Source: Eledone cirrhosa (Eukaryota). Taken from it: a stretch of 64,000 bases of DNA. This document shows positions 39,090 to 50,432 of this stretch, in pieces. The stretch is taken from NCBI GenBank assembly GCA_964016885.1, contig OZ024753.1, positions 13,950,001 to 14,014,000 on the forward strand, in the 5' to 3' direction. Under the pieces are notes generated by a model. The model saw only the letters and a list, made by a program, of their open reading frames with translations, had not been told where the DNA came from and made no database searches. The position numbers and the translations under genes were made by a program. Positions within the stretch are counted from its first letter, which is position 1; each line of letters begins with the position of its first letter.

Positions 39090-41510
39090 TCAAGATTGTA
39101 AATGAGGGTTGTCATATATCTGTGACTGTTGAGATCCATAGTCGGATGAGGACGAATAACTTTCGTTTGCGTTAAGACTACCGTATTTGTGCGCACCACC
39201 CATTCGTGACATTGCTTCAATTCTTAATAGCTTGTCCCTTATGCTTTTCTCACTCTCAGACGACAGAGATTCAGTCTCAGTTTTCGTAAATCTATGAAAT
39301 AAATTTTGAAATCTATTCTTTTTTAACGATGTATTTGAAAGGACTCTATGAGATTTTCTCAAAGACCTGGTCACGTCATTTTCGGGATATGTCGTTCTCC
39401 ACACTTTCTGCTTATATTCATTTAATATCGCATCCCTTTTTTCCTGTATGTGTTTCGGCAATTCTGACATATCTGATGATAGACAATGAGATGATGGTCT
39501 GTCTAAAGCATGGTGCAGACAAAAATAATCGTCTCCTTCATTCAGCAGATCAACAACTGTACTCACGTTTTTCAAATGTATCTCCGACTTCTTTTTCCTG
39601 ATCTTATGATGTACTAAAATCCAATGAATGCCAATAAAAGGCAAATAAAAGAAGAAGAATAAATTTATAACAAACAACATCTTTCTTGACAGAGCACGAA
39701 CTCTTTCTTTAGTTTTTGGGTGTCTTGGGTAACCGTAATCGTTGTACTCTACATCTTTATTTTCAATATCTTTATCGAAATATTTTGTCTGAAAGTTGCT
39801 TTTTATGAAGACGCACAGCCCAACTTCGCCAATGTAAAGGGGGAAACAAAGGCCAAAGAACACTTTTAGCAAGTTAAGTATCATACAGAAAATCAAGAGC
39901 GCGAAAATAATAACACATGTATCGACGCTATAAAGTATCATTGGAGGATAAATCACTTTCGTTGTTTTGACTTCGCATATATATTTTGGACCACAACTAC
40001 ATTCACAACCGTCCAAGCAAACACAAATATTATTTTCTTCTAAAGTAATATACTTCGATTTCACCGTTTTCTGATCTTCGTTCCATAATTCTAATATACA
40101 TTGCATCGGTATCAGAGTTTTGTCAGAGCTTTCAACGACCATGTCATTATTTTCTCTGTCAACAATTAAATCGATGATTTGATAAAATACCACAGTTTCT
40201 GCTTCCAATGGTGCCAAAGTAGATACCTTGAACTGTTTATCAGGTTCGCAGTTCAATGATAGTTTAAAATGTCCTGTAACTAGTCCTTTATTGATTATAT
40301 TTATACCAATCTCATATTGGTTGTCTTCGTCTGAAAATGGGTGACTATACACAGTTCCAATAGCACCTTCACTTAACAATGGAACAGCGGAAGGAAGAAG
40401 TTTTTTGTTAAGATTTATGATAATATCTAGCTGTGCTTTAACAGAATGCTTCACATTTTCTGTGAATAACATTGATATATTTGGCATCCAGCCAGGAATT
40501 GATCCAATATAAGGAGGTATTGGTTTGATAAAATGCGATAGGAAATATTTTGATTTGTCAATAGTGTCAATGTTGTTAGATTTCTTGAGATGGTCGTCAA
40601 GCCAGAAACTCAGAGGCTGATTCTTGAAACATGTTTTAACAAAGGAATCTAAACAAAGGTCTTTCTTTTGCAAAATAGTTTCGGCTAATATTCCAGTTGT
40701 TCCGCACGAGATTCCATTTAAATCAAAGAACTTCTTCTTAATAAGCAAGTACTCATCAACGCCCCCCAAGGTCTGTTGTGTCTGTATACTTTTCTCTTTT
40801 ACTGATGAACTTGCAACAGGTATCAATAAATATGATACATTTGAACATATCGATCTTTGACAAGTAATATTTGGCTGCCGAATAACGCGGGCCGTGAAAT
40901 GAAGGTCATTGCTTTGTTCATCGACAGTTTTACCGTGAACAAGCAAACGACTGCTTTTCACGAAACTTTCGCTCTCTAAGTTTCCTCCATTATCTGAGTC
41001 CCTTCTAAAGACCTCTACCACAAGGTTTTGAATAATTTTAGGGATGCCGAGCGTATTAACAGAATACCATAAAGGGTCATATAAAACGCAACGAATCTGA
41101 ACATTTAACGGACAACAGTACCCTTTAATTTTGTAGGAACTGCTACCTTTACTATATTTCTGGCAGAAATTGACGAAAGGCTGCTTCTCATCACATGTTT
41201 CATTGAAAACCATTTCGTATGGTTGGTTGTTGACGAATTGCAAAAACTCGAGAGGATAACCGACTATTGCATCGGAAAAATGGAAGCGTAGTATTAATGC
41301 ATCTTTAAAATAAAAGAATTGGTTTGTCGACAAATCAATCATTGTTTCAACTTCGTAGAAACGACCGTAGTTCCAGTGATCAGAATTGCTTATCTCTGCC
41401 AGAAGTTGTAGGGTCAGAAATCGATGGCGATTTGACTTTAAACGTTCCTCGTCTGAATGATGTAGAAGGACGGTAAAAACATATGCGCTTAGCAATGTCT
41501 GTAACTTCAT
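39090..41510 (-). CDS. HAP2: HAP2/GCS1 (hapless 2)-like class II fusogen, ~806 aa, single coding exon
   Basis: Signal-peptide-like MKLQTLLSAYVFTVLL (ATG 41510); YPLEFLQFVNNQPYE; GYCC...RCVLYDPLWY; HAP2-GCS1 signature EYLLIKKKFFDLNGISCGTTG...C...TCFKNQPLSFWLDD; domain III INKGLVTGHF...C...C; CVCLDGCECSC stem; TM; animal-type YNDYGYPRHPKTKERVR..FVINLFFFFYLP; basic tail. Confidence 0.88.
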   Translation of the reverse strand: MKLQTLLSAYVFTVLLHHSDEERLKSNRHRFLTLQLLAEISNSDHWNYGRFYEVETMIDLSTNQFFYFKDALILRFHFSDAIVGYPLEFLQFVNNQPYEMVFNETCDEKQPFVNFCQKYSKGSSSYKIKGYCCPLNVQIRCVLYDPLWYSVNTLGIPKIIQNLVVEVFRRDSDNGGNLESESFVKSSRLLVHGKTVDEQSNDLHFTARVIRQPNITCQRSICSNVSYLLIPVASSSVKEKSIQTQQTLGGVDEYLLIKKKFFDLNGISCGTTGILAETILQKKDLCLDSFVKTCFKNQPLSFWLDDHLKKSNNIDTIDKSKYFLSHFIKPIPPYIGSIPGWMPNISMLFTENVKHSVKAQLDIIINLNKKLLPSAVPLLSEGAIGTVYSHPFSDEDNQYEIGINIINKGLVTGHFKLSLNCEPDKQFKVSTLAPLEAETVVFYQIIDLIVDRENNDMVVESSDKTLIPMQCILELWNEDQKTVKSKYITLEENNICVCLDGCECSCGPKYICEVKTTKVIYPPMILYSVDTCVIIFALLIFCMILNLLKVFFGLCFPLYIGEVGLCVFIKSNFQTKYFDKDIENKDVEYNDYGYPRHPKTKERVRALSRKMLFVINLFFFFYLPFIGIHWILVHHKIRKKKSEIHLKNVSTVVDLLNEGDDYFCLHHALDRPSSHCLSSDMSELPKHIQEKRDAILNEYKQKVWRTTYPENDVTRSLRKSHRVLSNTSLKKNRFQNLFHRFTKTETESLSSESEKSIRDKLLRIEAMSRMGGAHKYGSLNANESYSSSSDYGSQQSQIYDNPHLQS

Positions 41511-42718
41511 AATTCCACCATATTTAATGAAATTAAAATTATCAACAATGTTTGATTGGACAGCGAGCAAGACAGAAGAAGGAAAAGAAACAAGAACAAA
41601 TATATATATATGTGTGTATATATATCGAATTATGCAAATAAGCATACGAGAAATGAAAAGCAAAAGGCTTACTGGTTGATATACCTGCAAAAAGCTGGAT
41701 TATTGGCTATTATGTTCATATTAATATCCATCCTTCATAAAAATGTCAGTCAGTTGGAAATATTGCGTTCGTTTGGCGTCATTCTTTATTTCAAATGACT
41801 TATCTCCTCTTCTCAACGCTGCTATTTTTGAATTCGATTCTCAAGCAGTACTGTTGATAAAATAATTGGTTCTCAATAACTACACGGTATAACATTGTTG
41901 ATTTTCCCCTACTTCTCAGGGCAAGACACCGGAACGGAATAATGAGGAGCTATTTTTGATTTTACTAACGTATCTCCTACACATGGTAATTTTTATATTT
42001 ATTTGTGTTCTTATGTGTATGAAGGAGGGTGGGGGCGGGTGATATTGTCGTTTAGCCCTAGGTCAGTCCTGGTTGGGCGACCTATGATCAAAGGTTTAAC
42101 GGTAAGGATGAATCTCCACGGATATGTTTGTTTTCTTTTTTTGTCTGCTATCTTATATGAAAAACTATATAATCCACTGTCTTCATAGACATCATTTTAA
42201 AGATGGTAGCATCAGATTTAAGGATGTTATTTCTAACAGGCCATGTGACCAAATTGATGTTCCGAGCTCCGGGTTATATATCATTGTTTGTCATATTTTG
42301 TGGGAAATTGGCAAGATGGATTTTACCCGCCATGTCTAGTTTTGTCACACTTGTGTCACGCTGAATCTCCCTGAGAATTACCTTAAAGGTGCACGTGTCT
42401 GTGGAATACTCAGCCACTTGCACGTGAATTTCATGAGTAGGCTATGCCGTTGACTGAACTATTACTTCTTCGGCCGAGTTTACACTCGCAAAGATTCAGC
42501 ACGCCCTCACCAATCGTCCCGGTCGTGTATGACATTTCTCAGTTCATCGAGTGCGTGTGCGTGTCTGTGTGTGTGTGTCTCTGTGTCTGTGTGTGTGTGT
42601 GTGTGTGTGTGTACATTTCCCAAATCTATTTTAAACACATAAATACATGAATCTCTCATATTTGCAATCCAAACCTACATTTCATGTCCTAACTGTTTAG
42701 GTGGTCACTCCAAGAACA

Positions 42719-43172
42719 CAAACACACAGCTATCTTACTATCACCAACATTCTGACCACTACTACAAACACACAGCTATCTTACTATCACCAACGTACTG
42801 ACCACTACTACAAACACACAGCTATCTTACTATCACCAACGTACTGACCACTACTACAAACACACAGCTATCTTACTATCACCAACGTACTGACCACTAC
42901 TACAAACACACAGCTATCTTACTATCACCAACGTACTGACCACTACTACAAACACACAGCTATCTTACTATCACCAACATACTGACCACTACTACAAACA
43001 CACAGCTATCTTACTATCACCAAAATACTGACCACTACTACAAACACACAGCTATCTTACTATCACCAACATACTGACCACTACTACAAACACACAGCTA
43101 TCTTACTATCACCAACGTACTGACCACTACTACAAACACACAGCTATCTTAGTATCACCAGCATGTTGACCA
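42719..43172. repeat. Minisatellite, 46-bp unit, ~10 copies
   Basis: acaaacacacagctatcttactatcaccaacgtactgaccactact repeated. Confidence 0.95.
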
Positions 43173-43301
43173 CTCCTACTTTGATTCTCTTTTTCATTTC
43201 ATTTGATAAGTTTTCACAGCTTAGTCATTGATTTTTCTTTTTCTGTATACTGTGTTTTTTTCTACATTTAATTTGTCTTGTTTATACACCCCTGTATACA
43301 T

Positions 43302-43520
43302 TCATCATCATCATCATTTTACGTCCGCTTTTCCCTGCTTGCAAGGGTTGGACGGGTCCTATTCAGCACAGCATCTCTCCACTTGTCACGGTCGTTCGTC
43401 ATCTCCTTGGTGAGTTTCAGCGAGCTGAGGTCTGTTCTCACCACCTCCGCCCATGTTTTTCGTGGTCTACCTCTACTGCGTCTTCCTTCTATTGGTATTT
43501 CTTGGCACTTCTTTACCCTG
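43302..43520 (-). mobile_element. RTE LINE 3' end
   Basis: (CAT)n + tttacgtccgctttt 3' UTR shared with 57916-60380. Confidence 0.85.
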
Positions 43521-44234
43521 TTTTAGGTGAACATTTTGAGATATTCCATTTCTTTTTCTTTCAACTAGCAAATTTCTGGTATAACAGTCGGTACTGCCAG
43601 CTTGTTTTCTGTCATTCGGTCGAAAAGTTTCGACAGTAGCAGATTTGGTTGAGACTAATTTCCGTTACGTTTATAGATTATCTGTCACTCTTTTACACAA
43701 TAAAACTATATATACACATACATTCTGTAGTTTACAATTTTACTTCTAGAATTTGCCACGAGTCTCTTATAGTCAACCTTGTGATTTCTACAAATTGCTC
43801 CTAAACCTAGTTTCTTATCCAATATTTAACGAAATATCCCTTTTTCTAGAAAAAATAACAGCAACAAAAAACAATAAAAAGATGCATTTGTTTTTTTGTT
43901 TTGATTTTTGTCATAGGTCTCCCACCCCCACCCCCGACAAACAAAAAACAAAAACAGGTGTGAACTGAAATATCCATATCATCATGATAATCCTTGATGT
44001 TGTTGTTGTTTAAAAAAGGTCTGCCGCAGTGTGAATATTTGATCATTTGTGCTGCACCAGGGGCCCAAACCACACTCTTTGCCCTACACTAGGGAGGCTT
44101 AGCAAGGAGATCCCTCTATAATTAAAGCAATCTTCCTTGACTTCATTTTTGAAAATTGGGATTATCACTCCTGATTGCTATTGCTTAGGTGCTTTTCCAG
44201 AGATCCACGCCACCCGGTACACACAAGTCAGTTA

Positions 44235-44348
44235 GAGAATACCGGAGGAGATGACGAAGGACCGTGACGGGTGGAGATATGCTGTGCTGAATAAGACATG
44301 TCTAACCCTTGCAAGCAGGGAAAAGCGGATGTAAAATGATGATGATGA
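44235..44348 (+). mobile_element. RTE LINE extreme 3' end
   Basis: ggagatgacgaaggaccgtgac...aaaagcggatgtaaaatgatgatgat. Confidence 0.8.
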
Positions 44349-44483
44349 TATATCCGTATGTGATTGACGGCTGAAAGGAGTACTCAATACTGAAGTAGAG
44401 TTTTAATATTCAATTTTTATCTGATGACCCTGTAATAAACAGGCAAAACTCCAGAGTAACAAGACTCACTTTTTAGCCTATAT

Positions 44484-45295
44484 ATCATCATCATCATTTT
44501 ACGTCCGCTTTTCCCTGCTTGCAAGGGTGAGACGGGTCCTATTCAGCACAGCATCTCTCCACTTGTTACGGTCCTTTGTCATCTCCACCGTGAGCTTCAG
44601 CGATCTGAGGTCTGCTCTCACCACCCCCGCCTATGTTTTTCCTGGTCTTCCTCTACTGCGTCTTCCTTGTACTGGGATTTCTTGGCACCTCTTTACCCAG
44701 CGGTCATCCTCAATGCGCATCACATGTCCATACCATCGCAGTCTTCTCTCCCGCACACTACAACTTATCCCTCTTATACACAGGTTCTCTCTCAACTCAT
44801 CTATGCTTGGTCGTCCACGCACATTGACATTGCACGTCCAACGGAGCATGCTTGCCTCATTTCTCTCACTACCATGCAGCATCGCGCATCTCACACAGGC
44901 ATCATATAACCGGCCTTTCGTACGCAGGGAGAAACCTTCTTTGCCAACAGAGGAAGCAGTTCCCTAAATTTCTTCCAATCCGTCCTTATTCTAGATACTA
45001 TGGCCTCAAAACACTCTCGCCCATGTTAATCTGATCACCTAGGTACCGGAAGCTATCAGCCACTTCTACAGAACCCACCTGCATTTGAAAAATATGTCTA
45101 TCACTTCGACTTCTACTGTCAAATTCCCCTGTACACTACTGCATACGTAGTTTTCCCTACCTGTTAGTTTGTCTGCTATCCCACTACATCTCTTGTGTAC
45201 CCAAGATCTGCATTGTGTACATTTTATAGAATTTATGCCAGTTTCTTTTCTACATATCTAACATGACCATTTCCCTGATGGAATCAGAGTTGTCC
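44484..45295 (-). mobile_element. RTE LINE 3' fragment incl. PHD-like segment
   Basis: LHGSE, MLRW, RRLRWYGHVMR, GRRSRGRPGKT; homologous to 57916-58760. Confidence 0.85.
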
Positions 45296-45304
45296 CCTTG
45301 TGTA

Positions 45305-45720
45305 TATTGGGATAGCAAGCAGACTAACAGAAAAGGTAGACTTTGCATGTCACAGATGTACAGGGTTAGTTGGTATTAAAAGAATCAGTGAAATAAACTT
45401 TTTCCAACCGAAGAAAGATCCATAGAAGTAGTTGAATAGTGAATGCAGAGGATATATATGATGGCTGGAGAGAAATGAAGTGAGCATACTTCGCTGGATG
45501 TGCAATATTAATGTGTCTGGACAACAAAACATGGATGGGCTTAGAGAAAAACTGAGTATAAAATGAATCAGATGTGTGGATTTGTGCCAAGAAACCCCAG
45601 TGGAAGTAATCTGCAGTAAGGGGACACTAAATAAGACCCAGCAGGAAACTGTGAGCTGATCTCAATTCGAACCAAAGGTTGCAAGTGTGGAAAAGGTGAC
45701 GTAAAACGACGGAGCTGATG
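45305..45720 (+). mobile_element. Older degraded RTE LINE fragment
   Basis: GIASRLTEKVDFACHRCTG; ERNEVSILRWMCNI; diverged relative of the same family. Confidence 0.6.
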
Positions 45721-45746
45721 ACACACACGCACGCACGCACGCACAC

Positions 45747-45838
<92 letters not shown>

Positions 45839-45840
45839 AC

Positions 45841-45929
<89 letters not shown>
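45721..45929. repeat. (CA)n followed by (CT)n microsatellite
   Basis: Direct inspection. Confidence 0.95.
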
Positions 45930-45932
<3 letters not shown>

Positions 45933-45969
45933 TTTAAATAAATGGAAACTATATTTATAAAACCATATT

Positions 45970-46032
45970 TATTTTATTATATATATTTCAAAGGTACCAA
46001 GACACATTGGTACGCTTCCATCAGATACAATA
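45970..46032 (-). ncRNA. Hammerhead ribozyme motif with one core substitution
   Basis: Minus tattgtat-CTGATGG-aagcgtaccaa/ttggtaccttt-GAAA-tatata-TA-ataaaata. Confidence 0.55.
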
Positions 46033-46127
46033 CAAAGTTTGTTTTATAAATAGAGACGTACCCATGGAAATCATACCTTATCGGCTGGAAATTCACTGGA
46101 TAGTCATTTAATATCATTGAATATTTA

Positions 46128-46258
46128 ACGTCCCTTTACAGTCTGAGTTCAAATCCCGCCGAGGTTAACTTTGCCTTTCATCCTTACGGGGTCGATAAAA
46201 TAAAGTACCAGTAATGTACTGGGTAATTGCTGGCCTTGTGCCTAAAGTAGAAACAATT
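46128..46258 (+). mobile_element. 5'-truncated Nin/Deu-domain SINE
   Basis: 22-bp TSD atttaatatcattgaatattta at 46106-46127 and 46259-46280. Confidence 0.88.
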
Positions 46259-46362
46259 ATTTAATATCATTGAATATTTACTCCAGAAAACTGTTGAGTG
46301 CTCTAAATCAGTTATAAACATTTATATTTGTTGGGCTTCCAACAAATTAAATACCACTTCTA

Positions 46363-46446
<84 letters not shown>

Positions 46447-46557
46447 TTCATATTAATAAATATAGACATTCAACGTAATCAAAATATATTAAGAGTGGGA
46501 AATGAAATATCGTTTCATTTTTTCCGTTTAAAATATATTTTATTATATATATTTCGG

Positions 46558-46744
46558 TGAATTGGCAGTATCGGTAGAGGGTCGGACGCCATGCTTTGAC
46601 GCTTAGAGTTACGGCCCTTGCCATTCTGAGTTCAAATCCCGCCGAGGTTAACTTTGCCTTTCATCCTTACGGGGTCGATAAAATAAAGTACCAGTAATGT
46701 ACTGGGTAATTTCTGGCCTTGTGCCAATAGTAGAAACAATTATT
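46558..46744 (+). mobile_element. Nin/Deu-domain SINE inserted in a hammerhead motif
   Basis: TSD tatatttcgg at 46548-46557 and 46745-46754. Confidence 0.88.
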
Positions 46745-46954
46745 TATATTTCGGAGATACTGTGCAGTTTTTTCAGTACGCCCTCATCAGATAAAATATA
46801 TAAATTGATGTATGGCATACCTCAACTGTGCTGATGGTTCAATTCCAGTCTTGCAGTCATATATATATATATATGTGTGTGTATGTGTGTGTGTGTGTGT
46901 GTATACATGCGTACACATAAACACACACACATATATAAATATATAATTAAAATA

Positions 46955-47135
46955 CAGAAAAGAGAGACCCCGAAAAACATGGGCGGAGGCGCTGAGAGCT
47001 GATCTCAGATCGCTGAAGCTCACAGAGGAGATGACGAAGGACCGTGACAAATGGAGAGATGCTGTGCTGAAGAGGACCCATCCCACCCTTTCAAGCAGGG
47101 AAAAGCGGACGTAAAATGATGATAATGATGATGAT
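46955..47135 (+). mobile_element. RTE LINE 3' end
   Basis: gagaccccgaaaaacatgggcggagg...aaaagcggacgtaaaatgatgat. Confidence 0.8.
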
Positions 47136-47403
47136 AATTAAAATATGGAAATACGCAAGACGTCAGATGTTCCCTATTTAATTAGTTCACACAGTGTGAA
47201 ACTCAGATAACGTCCCAGTATTGATATATTTAATATTACGTTACCGAATCCAAATATTTATCTCCTAACACTGTAAAAAAAAATTTGCCCAAAAAGATCG
47301 ATGATAAATCATTGAATATTTAAAAAAATCTATAGCGGAAGTAAATCTCTAATGTTGAGTAATTATATCACTCCCTTCGAAAACGAAAGTAATTTAAACC
47401 GAA

Positions 47404-47418
47404 CCGGAAGTGACGTAA
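47404..47418 (+). promoter_or_regulatory. Overlapping ETS-CRE motif (CCGGAAGTGACGTAA), possible promoter element
   Basis: Exact ETS core plus CRE half-site in non-repetitive DNA between two divergent genes; second gcggaagt at ~47336. Confidence 0.35.
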
Positions 47419-47684
47419 CATTATCACAACTGTTATATTTCATCACCAAAGTAATTAAGACAATATATATATTATACGTGTGTGTAGTTAATTATATAGA
47501 TATATCGGAAAATAAATATTAATGTTTTCTATCTTACACAGTAGCATAATTATTAAAGGCCCTTACTGCAGTTGATATCTGTGATTCGAGATCGATTTCA
47601 CTTGATGCTAACCTCCCATGCATCTGAAACACCAGCTGCAATATCACCCACTGTTAATATACTTGGCCCTTAAATCTTTGTCTC

Positions 47685-47717
<33 letters not shown>

Positions 47718-49564
47718 CCAGTTGAGTCGGCGGTAACCACAGTAAATAAAGTACTCAATACATTAGTAGAATGACGACAGAGGTTTATAGAGAAAAGGCT
47801 TCTACAAAACCACACACACACACACACATATATAATATTACCTTAGCTAAAAGAAATATTTAACATTTTAAAAAAGTAATAGTTGACATTTAATATCAAT
47901 GTTAAAAAAAATTAAGTTTGAAAGACATGTGCGACAAATCTGTTGAGCAAACCGTTCTTCATAACTTATAAACGGAGTAGCATTAAAAAAGAAGAAAAGT
48001 CTGTCTAAAGACCTTATAATAATATTATTGGTTTCTGTTTAATTAGGCACAGACATAACCCTATATTTTTTATACTGAACGTTCAGTTGTGTCTTTCATG
48101 CCTTCCTCGCGTACCCCAGACTGATATAAAACTCGTTTAAACAATAACTATATGGTTATGCTTCACTAAATATTTTATAAATATCACACACACACTATTT
48201 GCTCCATGTGAATGTATTTCAAACTCACAAGAATTTAATCTTAAATTTTTCTATATAAATATTTTATACTATAAACAAAATATTTCGTATATACTATTTA
48301 TTTACTTGAGTGTGCGTGTCTCTCTCAATATATATATACACTAGTATTTAATTAATTTTAGAAGTCTATATATATATTATGTAGGTCTAGAAGCTATATA
48401 ATTATAGTAACTGTTTGTTAGTGTTTTGTCGATAACTGACGTGTCAGGTGGTCTGTCAGAAGGAAGGGAAAAACTTTACTTCGTGTGACTACAAACTTGT
48501 AAGCTGGGCAAGGTACTTTTTACGTTCTCTGATAAATTGCATACACACACATAGAAACCCCTTCAAAAACTACACAAATTACAACATATACACTTAGGTT
48601 GATGCATATAGACATTAATTAATACGTCTACACACAGATATTTGTGTATACTTGACGAAACTTATACGCTGAAATATACACAATATACATATATAGACAC
48701 ACTATACATAGATATATACACAATATACATACACACACACACACACACATATATATATAAGTGTGTGTGTATACACGCATATATGTGTGTGTATATATAT
48801 AATATATATATATACACACACACGCTTAGTTTAGATTCACTGGCAAGGCAAAATTAAACACACATGCATTTCTTAAACTAATTTATGACACACATCGAAA
48901 CAAATACATGGTTACACGTATAATCTAGCCGAAAGTGTTATTTGTTTAGCATCGTCCGAGTTAGCAGATACATTCATGTATATTATATGGGTTTAGATTG
49001 TGACAAAGCCAGCACAATATCACGTAGTATGCCATGCCAGCATGTTGATTTTTTTTCTTCACATCAACAGTTACACTCACAGACTAACACATACCCTAGC
49101 CATAGTGACACGAACACACCAACAACCTACTCAGCAACACTAAGAAGACTTAATGGCCTTGGTACCTACCATAACTAACACCACTAAGACGTCTCGGAGT
49201 ACTTAGATAAGTTCAATCACACAACACGCACATACTGGAAAAAAAAGGTAAAGATATATTTACTGACAATCGATAATGGATCGGTAGCTATATAAATTTA
49301 TTGATAGATCGGCCAGTGTCTTCTTAAGCAGTAGATATTAAAAAAACAAAGGAAATTTAATAAAAGTTTCTTTTAACAGTCTCTGCACGAAAAATAAAAG
49401 ATAAAAAAAAGCCAGGCCAATACTTAAAACAAAAGCATATAAACAACGTCAGCAATTATTAAATACGAAAGTATATATATATATACACTTCTACTCCACT
49501 CTCTACATGTATACATACATTCATATACACGTTTACACTGTTGGCTAAATTTTTTTGTGTGTTG

Positions 49565-49611
<47 letters not shown>

Positions 49612-49625
49612 TATATAATATATAT

Positions 49626-49668
<43 letters not shown>

Positions 49669-49751
49669 TATATATATCTTGTCTCCTTCTATCATTTCGG
49701 GTGAATCCCTTCTTCAAACCCCTGTAAACAACAATAACACCACAACAAAGT

Positions 49752-49923
49752 ATGATCAAGAGAAACGGAGCCGCAATCCGGAATTTACTAGCTGCCGTGG
49801 TTTTAGTGACATTATTATACTTTGTCTATTTGTACCATGACATGCAATCCCGCCTTCGACATTCCGAAATTGTCGGTGAAAAATTTAAAAGAGACAGAGA
49901 GTCATTATCGTCCCAGCTAAACG
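49752..49923 (+). CDS. GOLIM4: First coding exon of Golgi integral membrane protein 4 (GPP130) homolog; intron runs to window end
   Basis: MIKRNGAAIRNLLAAVVLVTLLYFVYLYHDMQSRLRHSEIVGEKFKRDRESLSSQLN: basic tail, type II signal anchor and coiled coil resembling GOLIM4 LYYELQTQLRKAEAVALKYQQHQESLSAQLQ; phase-1 donor G|gtcagt at 49924. Confidence 0.8.
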
Positions 49924-50432
49924 GTCAGTGCTCGAAATTAATTTAATTTATTTTTTATTTATTTTCTGTTCAGTTTATATGTTTTCTCTAAAACTGGGTT
50001 CTTCTCTAAGCAATTTGCTAAAGTGACAATGTTTTCCTCTCTTGTGTGTATAAAACTCGTATTGAGAAAATTCAACAAAAAAGGAAGAAAGCCCTCGTGT
50101 TTTTAGGTTTCTACGTAATGCAGCAAAGTACTTGCACAACTCTCACTCTGTAATACACACACACATACGTCCACATACACTTTCGTACACACCCACACAC
50201 ACACACTTTCGTACAGACCCACACACGCACACTTCCATATACACTCCCACACACGCACACTTCCATATACACACGTCCACATACACTTCCTCACACACAC
50301 ACACACACACTTCCTTACATATACATACACACACGAGCAGGACGTGGCACTCAGAGCATGACGACCCGCCCAACACATGTCACAATAGAAAAAAAAAACC
50401 GAACGTAGGATGATTATTATTAGGAGGTCGAT

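Noticed and set aside
41511-41690. 60-aa N-terminal extension of the HAP2 ORF
   Set aside because: Begins at TTG and runs through TA/pyrimidine-rich sequence; ATG 41510 gives a signal peptide
42719-43172. CRISPR-like regular repeats (also 61505-62085 and 63066-64000)
   Set aside because: Head-to-tail units without unique spacers, no cas genes, eukaryotic context
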